Source: Promethearchaeota archaeon
GTDB taxonomy: Archaea > Asgardarchaeota > Thorarchaeia > Thorarchaeales > Thorarchaeaceae
Reading direction: 5' to 3'
NCBI GenBank assembly: GCA_027031765.1
Contig: JALVPN010000199.1
Span: 1-6,417 of the forward strand
Length of the DNA: 6,417 nucleotides
Part shown: positions 1-4,358 of the stretch, one piece after another
Layout of the letters: each line of letters starts with the position of its first letter
How positions within the stretch are numbered: the first letter of the stretch is position 1
Notes under the pieces: generated by a model
Databases searched by the model: none
Seen by the model: the letters and a program-made list of their open reading frames with translations, nothing else
What the model was told of the DNA's origin: nothing
Program-made: the position numbers and the translations under genes

Positions 1-164
1 CGATCATGGGAAGGCCCCCAGACCTCACGGACATCCCCAGCGGCTGCCCGTTCCACCCAAGGTGCCCGTATGCCGAAAAGAAGTGTGTAGAGGAGATACC
101 AGAGTACAGAGAGGTGGGGCCACGCCACTGGATACGCTGCCACAACTATGAGAAGATCAGATAG
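1..164 (+). CDS. 3' end (partial, 5'-truncated) of an oligopeptide/dipeptide/nickel ABC transporter ATP-binding protein; C-terminal oligo_HPY-type domain
   Basis: Not in the ORF track. Manual translation from base 3 gives IMGRPPDLTDIPSGCPFHPRCPYAEKKCVEEIPEYREVGPRHWIRCHNYEKIR, then TAG at 162-164. PSGCPFHPRC and C-x5-C-x6-C-x17-C are the hallmark C-terminus of OppD/OppF/DppD/DppF ATPases. D versus F type cannot be settled from this fragment. Confidence 0.93.
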   Translation, partial: IMGRPPDLTDIPSGCPFHPRCPYAEKKCVEEIPEYREVGPRHWIRCHNYEKIR

Positions 165-190
165 ACTGGTGTGCAGGAGATGTAGTTGGA

Positions 191-260
191 CGCCCACAGA
201 CATGGGGGGTCTGTGAGGAGGAGATGGTTGTGAGCGCCCACTCGGGGCGCCCACAGATGG
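191..260 (+). repeat. Short dispersed direct repeats, core CGCCCAC(AGA)
   Basis: CGCCCACAGA at 191-200 and 248-257; CGCCCAC at 235-241; related CCCACAGATG at 250-259 and 479-488. Confidence 0.6.
195..215 (+). terminator. Hairpin 30 nt downstream of the ABC ATPase stop; possible 3'-end or processing structure
   Basis: CACAGAC (195-201) pairs with GTCTGTG (209-215): 7-bp stem, 7-nt loop. There is no following U-tract, so terminator function is only a guess. Confidence 0.25.
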
Positions 261-271
261 GTGGCCTCCAC

Positions 272-327
272 CTATCTATCTCTCTATCTATCTATCGATC
301 CATCTATCCATCTATCCATCTATCTAC
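272..327. repeat. Degenerate tetranucleotide microsatellite (CTAT/CCAT)n, i.e. (ATAG/ATGG)n on the - strand
   Basis: Read directly: ctat ctat ctct ctat ctat ctat cgat ccat ctat ccat ctat ccat ctat ctac = 14 units in an unbroken 4-nt register, including a perfect (CCATCTAT)x3 at 300-323. Confidence 0.95.
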
Positions 328-527
328 GTCGGGCCCACACAACGTTCTGCTCCGCAATGTCGTGGCACCCAGTGTGCCTGCACAGAGGAAATGCGTCAGT
401 ACTGGTGGCCATGCGGCCCCTGAGATGAGCATGTCCTCTCAAGCACTCCATTCTCTGCGTTTCTTGGGCGTGCCTGGTCCCACAGATGTCCTCATGCACC
501 TCCCGGCTGTAGATGGTACGATGGAAT

Positions 528-556
528 CCCTGTACAGGGCATATATACGTCTTTTC
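528..556. promoter_or_regulatory. TATA-like box with an adjacent perfect palindrome (candidate promoter/operator; no known gene downstream)
   Basis: ATATATA at 541-547 stands out in GC-rich DNA. On the - strand it is preceded by purine-rich GAAAAGACG (BRE-like). CCCTGTACAGGG (528-539) is a perfect 12-bp palindrome. Confidence 0.35.
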
Positions 557-844
557 ACAGGGCCTCCACCGGCGCGAGGTTGGCGCGAAACTGCGTGCCA
601 AGAACACTGGTGCCAGATGAGTGTAGTGGGGCGACGCCACATACTGCACGTATCAGCATCAGTGCACGGGACGGTAGGCACGGGACGCACAGACGCAGGC
701 CATGGTGGCAAGCACCATGTCTCCCCCCGCAGACCGGGCTGCAATAGTGGGGTGTTGCAAATCACGTCCGGGACACGGGCAATCACATCAGATAGCTGGG
801 AGGCGTCTGGCCACTTGGTAGGAAGCGTGCGGACGGACACCACA

Positions 845-1756
845 TCACTGGACGGCCCGTGTGGTGTGACAGACCGGGAACACGAGCTCGAAGAGTGACT
901 CCTGGACCGAGAAGCCAGCGGCCCGGAATGCACTCAGAGCAAACATGTCCGCCGGGGACTCACAGTGCACGTCGCGCACCCCCTGCCGGAGGAGGTAGTG
1001 CAGCAGGAGCCGGAGTGCGTCGGTGACCTCCGTCGAGGGCACCAGTACATGTGGCCTGTCCAGACGCAGCCACGCCTCGTGTGAATGTAGTCCTGACAGG
1101 AAGGCCACGAGCTGCCCACCAGATGGCAGTTGGACCAGGGCGTGTGGTACCCACCTGCTGTTGGCGCAGTCCCGCAGTTCGCCTACGGTGAGGCATGCGT
1201 GACGCAGTCCGTGGAAGGGCACAGCGGAGATGCGGGGGCGTCTACTGTCTATGACCGAGACCGCGAGGTGGCTCTCAGGTGTACGTTCCGTGGAACGAAG
1301 TAGCACGCAGCGGACGACATGGTCAATGTGATGTGGCTCGAACAGATACTCTGCCAGCACATCGTCCACAACAGGTGTCCGTCCAAAAATCCACGCACGG
1401 ACACACCCCAGCCCACGTGCCCGGGACGTCCGGAGGACATGTCTGACGAGAGAGCGACCAGCACCACGCTGGCGGACTGTGAAGTCACACAGCCGGGCCC
1501 CACTGCCCCCATGCGACACCTCGTAGCGCCCCACGGCGGCTGGCCGGCCACACTGGTACTCGATGAGGAGGGAGTGCAAGTCGACCAGCCCCTTCTCTTC
1601 CAAGAGGAGGACGTCCTCCACGGTCACAGGTGACGTGGTGCACCGGACCGACGAGTTGAACACACGCACCCAGTCGCGGAGGCTGTCCCGGTCAACATGG
1701 TGGGTCTCTGCGTCTTGCAATTGTCTCGCGCGTGCGAGCTCCGATTGGTTTTTCAA
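845..1756 (-). CDS. Probable tandem GNAT-fold (GCN5-related) acetyltransferase, ~303 aa
   Basis: Part of the 845..2008 ORF; its first 84 codons overlap the divergent 1808 gene, so the start is moved to TTG at 1756 (uncertain; an internal GTG is possible). The N-domain has the acetyl-CoA motif A R-x-x-G-x-G (RQRGAG, 1457-1474) followed by RSLVRHVLRTSRARGLGCVRAW. The C-domain ends in motif-B-like ALRLLLHYLLRQGVRDVHCE...ALSAFRAAGF. Family call is by motif recognition only. Confidence 0.65.
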   Translation of the reverse strand: MKNQSELARARQLQDAETHHVDRDSLRDWVRVFNSSVRCTTSPVTVEDVLLLEEKGLVDLHSLLIEYQCGRPAAVGRYEVSHGGSGARLCDFTVRQRGAGRSLVRHVLRTSRARGLGCVRAWIFGRTPVVDDVLAEYLFEPHHIDHVVRCVLLRSTERTPESHLAVSVIDSRRPRISAVPFHGLRHACLTVGELRDCANSRWVPHALVQLPSGGQLVAFLSGLHSHEAWLRLDRPHVLVPSTEVTDALRLLLHYLLRQGVRDVHCESPADMFALSAFRAAGFSVQESLFELVFPVCHTTRAVQ

Positions 1757-1807
1757 CTTAGCTGAGTGTCCCGACAGGCCAGCTGACAGTACAGGGGCTG
1801 TAGTCCG

Positions 1808-2677
1808 TTGCTCACTAGGGTCACGTTCACACGCCAACACATAGACTCCTTTGAGGAGGAACACGGAATCAGGATACGGGTCACGCCTGAGCAGGCGGCC
1901 GAACTTGAGAGGGGCGGTGCGGTCGCCCTCACCACAGACCAGGTCGACGCCGCACTTGAGGACATGGTCTCGCTGGCCGGCACCCTCAGCAACATCGTGA
2001 ATGAGCATGCTGTCACGGTCCAGCCCGTAGCAATGGCGCTATTCGTGGTCAATGACAGGACGTGGGAGCTCATGAGGAAGAGGCCGGAGAACAGCGACAG
2101 GATGTTACCAATGGTGACCGTCCCGTGGTACCGTGTCGGTGCGGGGCCTGTGAGCAAGGCCAACCCACTCGGGGTTGCAGGCCACGAGTCCGCCGAGCTG
2201 CTGGCGTCCGTCAACGAGGACACTAGCACAGTGACCCTTACGACACCCCTTGGAGGTGACTTTGCCGGCTTCACAGAAGAACGCATTGCCGTCATGAGGG
2301 CCGGCATGAGGCCACTCATAACCCCCGGCGACACGGGCAGGAAAGACTTGGTGCCGCACTATGAGGCCCAGGAGGTCGCTGTCACGCTGCCAGTGGGCCG
2401 CAGTGCCGTGACAGTATACCCAGGGCCAGACCGTCAGCTCGACTACGGCTTCTGCGACCACCCGCGCGTCTTCTACGAGCAGGGCCTGGAGGTGAGGACG
2501 GGGGGCGGTAGGGTGTCCCTGAAGGTGGGGAGGCGACGGGCATACCGGCTCCGCGGGTCCGTAAGGCTGCTCCTTGGCAGACGCGCATGTGAGGACGGGG
2601 GAGGACACCTCCTCTGGCATGTCTACCTACGCGCACTGGCCAGGCTACTGGCAGGCGACAGTCCGGGCCCCCAGTAG
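1808..2677 (+). CDS. Hypothetical soluble protein, 289 aa, no recognised family
   Basis: Long ORF with protein-like composition and no TM segment. TTG start with a weak AGGGG at 1793-1797; TAG at 2675-2677. It fills the space between the GNAT gene and the next promoter. Confidence 0.8.
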   Translation: MLTRVTFTRQHIDSFEEEHGIRIRVTPEQAAELERGGAVALTTDQVDAALEDMVSLAGTLSNIVNEHAVTVQPVAMALFVVNDRTWELMRKRPENSDRMLPMVTVPWYRVGAGPVSKANPLGVAGHESAELLASVNEDTSTVTLTTPLGGDFAGFTEERIAVMRAGMRPLITPGDTGRKDLVPHYEAQEVAVTLPVGRSAVTVYPGPDRQLDYGFCDHPRVFYEQGLEVRTGGGRVSLKVGRRRAYRLRGSVRLLLGRRACEDGGGHLLWHVYLRALARLLAGDSPGPQ

Positions 2678-2723
2678 CGGCCTGCAGGCCATGAGCGGTA
2701 CGGCTAGGGCGCAAGCAGCCATA

Positions 2724-2731
2724 CTTATAAT
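2724..2731 (+). promoter_or_regulatory. Archaeal-type TATA box (CTTATAAT) for the membrane-protein gene
   Basis: TTATAA at 2725-2730 is the only AT-rich island in the 2678-2768 gap, about 40 nt upstream of GTG 2769, which fits a TSS ~25 nt downstream plus a short leader. Confidence 0.6.
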
Positions 2732-2768
2732 AGGACACTGGGCAACGCGGGGTGGCGCTAGCTGGCGA

Positions 2769-3569
2769 GTGATAGGCGTGGAGCTCGGACTCTCATTCTT
2801 CATCACAGGCGTGATACTGCTGGCCGTGGTACTACGACGCATGGCGCGGTACAGGGGGTACGCCGAGTTCCAGAGGCAGTTTGAAGCACGGTATGACGTG
2901 TCAGGTATCGACCTGAGTGGCAACACAGAGTACACCGGCTGCTTCTCCCAGCAATGGGTGTACGACAGGATGACGCTTGCGAACACTGGTGGCATGGCAC
3001 GCGCCCTCGATGCACACGTCACAGAACACACCCTAGCAGCCACCATCTGGCTGGCCCTAACACTCGGGATTGGGACGATGCTCATTGGCCTGCTCGTACT
3101 CACAGCGCTGCGAACCATTGGGATGGCCATCACGGTCTTCTTTGCAGGGGTGGTCGTCGTAATGGGGCCGAGCGGGCCAAAGGCCTCTGAAGACCTGATG
3201 CGGGCCCTCATCAAGAAGGGCATAGATGGACTTTCACGCGAGGACTACGCGTACATCCGTATCGCAAACTGGACTATTTTGAAGTGGGCAGCCGTCCAGA
3301 CCATCATAGGACTCGTGCTCATCGTCGGCGCGCCAGTGGCTGACGCCTTTCCCACGGCCGTGGCCATTGCCATCAGCACCTTTGCATTCTTCCTGATCTG
3401 GGGCCCGACCATTCTCCTGCTCAACATATGGTTCCCCCTCGGACTCATCTATCTGGCACTGTCATTCCCGTTCTTCTTCTACATGCTGCCCAAGAAAATC
3501 CTGGAACTGTCCAGACGGATGAGGGGGATTGAGGAGGAAGAGGGGACAAGGCCAGCATACCACTTCTAG
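2769..3569 (+). CDS. Hypothetical polytopic membrane protein (~6 TM helices), ~263-266 aa
   Basis: Part of ORF 2574..3569. The start is trimmed to GTG 2769 (or GTG 2778, preceded by SD-like GAGTGA) because upstream codons overlap the previous gene and the TATA box. Hydrophobic segments: ELGLSFFITGVILLAVVL, LAATIWLALTLGIGTMLIGLLVLTAL, IGMAITVFFAGVVVVM, ILKWAAVQTIIGLVLIVGA, AVAIAISTFAFFLIWGPTILLL, WFPLGLIYLALSFPFFFYML. Confidence 0.85.
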   Translation: MIGVELGLSFFITGVILLAVVLRRMARYRGYAEFQRQFEARYDVSGIDLSGNTEYTGCFSQQWVYDRMTLANTGGMARALDAHVTEHTLAATIWLALTLGIGTMLIGLLVLTALRTIGMAITVFFAGVVVVMGPSGPKASEDLMRALIKKGIDGLSREDYAYIRIANWTILKWAAVQTIIGLVLIVGAPVADAFPTAVAIAISTFAFFLIWGPTILLLNIWFPLGLIYLALSFPFFFYMLPKKILELSRRMRGIEEEEGTRPAYHF

Positions 3570-3629
3570 TCCACCGCACCTGCGACCGGTCAGAGTGGTA
3601 TGGACGGTGGCCCACACTCTGTACCACCG
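3556..3629. other. Self-complementary 3' region between convergent genes (possible terminator or RNA structure)
   Basis: CATACCACT (3556-3564) pairs with AGTGGTATG (3594-3602); CAGAGTG (3591-3597) with CACTCTG (3615-3621); CGGTGG (3605-3610) with CCACCG (3624-3629 or 3571-3576). Confidence 0.4.
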
Positions 3630-3702
3630 ATAGCGCCTACGATGACGTGAGCAGGCCCTAGACGACCGGCACGTACGTCAGCCCGTAGTCACAACAGTCG
3701 GG

Positions 3703-3720
3703 GTCACGTGTCACGTGACA
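3703..3720. repeat. Nested palindrome / short tandem GTCACGT over the stop codon of the 3711 gene
   Basis: GTCACGTG-T-CACGTGAC (3703-3719, 8-bp arms) and the perfect 12-bp palindrome TGTCACGTGACA (3709-3720). Confidence 0.75.
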
Positions 3721-4082
3721 AAGGCGAGCAGCGTGAAGAGGACTATGAACAGCAGCGAGTACACGGCAACAAGTAGGAGCGTCCTGCCGACCAGGGCCAC
3801 CTGCCACGAACGCACGGGCCTACCCGCGGAGTCGTAACGGTCTTCATCATTGAGCGGCTGGCGGCCCATCATGCACGCGCCGACGATGAGCAGTACTGCA
3901 AACTCCAAGAGGAGGAGGTCAGAGACAGCTGCAAAGAGAGAGGCCCTCACGAAGAGGAGCACTATGACGCCAGCCACGGCAATATCGAGCACTGTCATCA
4001 GGGCCGCAATTGCCAGCGGCTCCAGCAGGTCCCGGGACGACCGGCCCACAACGGCAGCACTCTCAGGCATGGCAGACCACAC
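3711..4082 (-). CDS. Hypothetical small membrane protein (3 TM), 119-123 aa
   Basis: Three hydrophobic segments, with a charged loop (RQPLNDEDRYDSAGRPVRSW) before the last helix. Start is GTG 4082, abutting the upstream stop, or ATG 4070. Confidence 0.8.
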   Translation of the reverse strand: MWSAMPESAAVVGRSSRDLLEPLAIAALMTVLDIAVAGVIVLLFVRASLFAAVSDLLLLEFAVLLIVGACMMGRQPLNDEDRYDSAGRPVRSWQVALVGRTLLLVAVYSLLFIVLFTLLAFVT

Positions 4083-4298
4083 TCACAGGAGGGCAAAGAT
4101 GAAGGCAAGGGCGACGAGGACGACTGCGAGGATTACGAGGGGGAGGAACACTGTTTCGAGGGCTGCTATGAACAGTGCGACGTAGTCGGTGGCACTGAGC
4201 TCCAGCCCCGTGTCCTCCTCATCCTCAGCAGGCACATACTCGGACCAGTCAATCTCGTCCTCATCACGGTCGTCTTCAGAGAGCGACATCTGGGACAT
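4083..4298 (-). CDS. Small membrane protein with a very acidic N-terminus and a C-terminal hydrophobic anchor, 71 aa
   Basis: RBS GGTGAGGG (4310-4303) is well spaced from ATG 4298; GTG 4301 is an alternative start. Acidic N-half, then ~33 mostly hydrophobic residues up to the stop. Confidence 0.82.
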   Translation of the reverse strand: MSQMSLSEDDRDEDEIDWSEYVPAEDEEDTGLELSATDYVALFIAALETVFLPLVILAVVLVALAFIFALL

Positions 4299-4302
4299 CA
4301 CA

Positions 4303-4310
4303 CCCTCACC
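4303..4310 (-). promoter_or_regulatory. Shine-Dalgarno site, archaeal-type GGTGAGG
   Basis: The - strand reads GGTGAGGG-T-GTG-ATG; GGTGA lies 7 nt before ATG 4298. Confidence 0.7.
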
Positions 4311-4358
4311 ACAGGTCTCGCCGGGAGTAGAGTGCCCAGAGGGGCAGGCGGAAAAGCA

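Noticed and set aside
383-395. RNase P RNA, suggested by GAGGAAA
   Set aside because: It is not followed by the GUCC-type P4 strand, and no matching 3' ACAGAA...GGCUUA element was found on either strand.
191-488. CRISPR mini-array from the CGCCCACAGA repeats
   Set aside because: The repeats are only 7-10 bp, spacing is irregular, and no cas genes are in the window.
570-870. Archaeal SRP (7S) RNA, suggested by ACGGTAGGCA (671-680) and CAGG...AGCA (696-714)
   Set aside because: Helix 8 needs CAGG-3bp-GNRA-3bp-AGCA with paired flanks. Here there are 11 nt without a GNRA loop, and the two motifs are in the wrong order. An Rfam cmscan would settle it.
320-933. ORFs 320..649 (-) and 439..933 (-) as full-length genes
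   Set aside because: No protein-like features or RBS at their starts, and 439..933 overlaps the GNAT gene out of frame. Only the last 18 codons of 439..933 are kept as a possible sORF.
1757-2008. N-terminal 84 codons of the 845..2008 ORF
   Set aside because: They overlap the better-supported divergent gene from 1808 and read as antisense shadow sequence.
2574-2768. N-terminal 65 codons of the 2574..3569 ORF
   Set aside because: They overlap the end of the 1808..2677 gene and run through the TATA box; the membrane-protein character starts only at ~2769.
3556-3610. H-type pseudoknot around the TAG stop (3556-3564/3594-3602 crossed with 3571-3576/3605-3610)
   Set aside because: Loop lengths of 6, 17 and 2 nt do not fit classical H-type geometry; the helices are better treated as alternatives.
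4083-4085. Selenocysteine recoding of the in-frame TGA between the two small membrane genes
   Set aside because: The TGA ends a hydrophobic helix rather than a redox motif, and the - strand 3' region (3570-3710) has neither an AUGA..AA..GA nor a GAA/A SECIS-like core.
934-4185. Other short overlapping ORFs in the track (e.g. 1319..1633, 1563..1844, 1753..2334, 2105..2620, 2382..2738, 2645..3223, 3445..3627, 3850..4185)
   Set aside because: All overlap better-supported genes on the opposite strand or in another frame and show no recognisable motifs.
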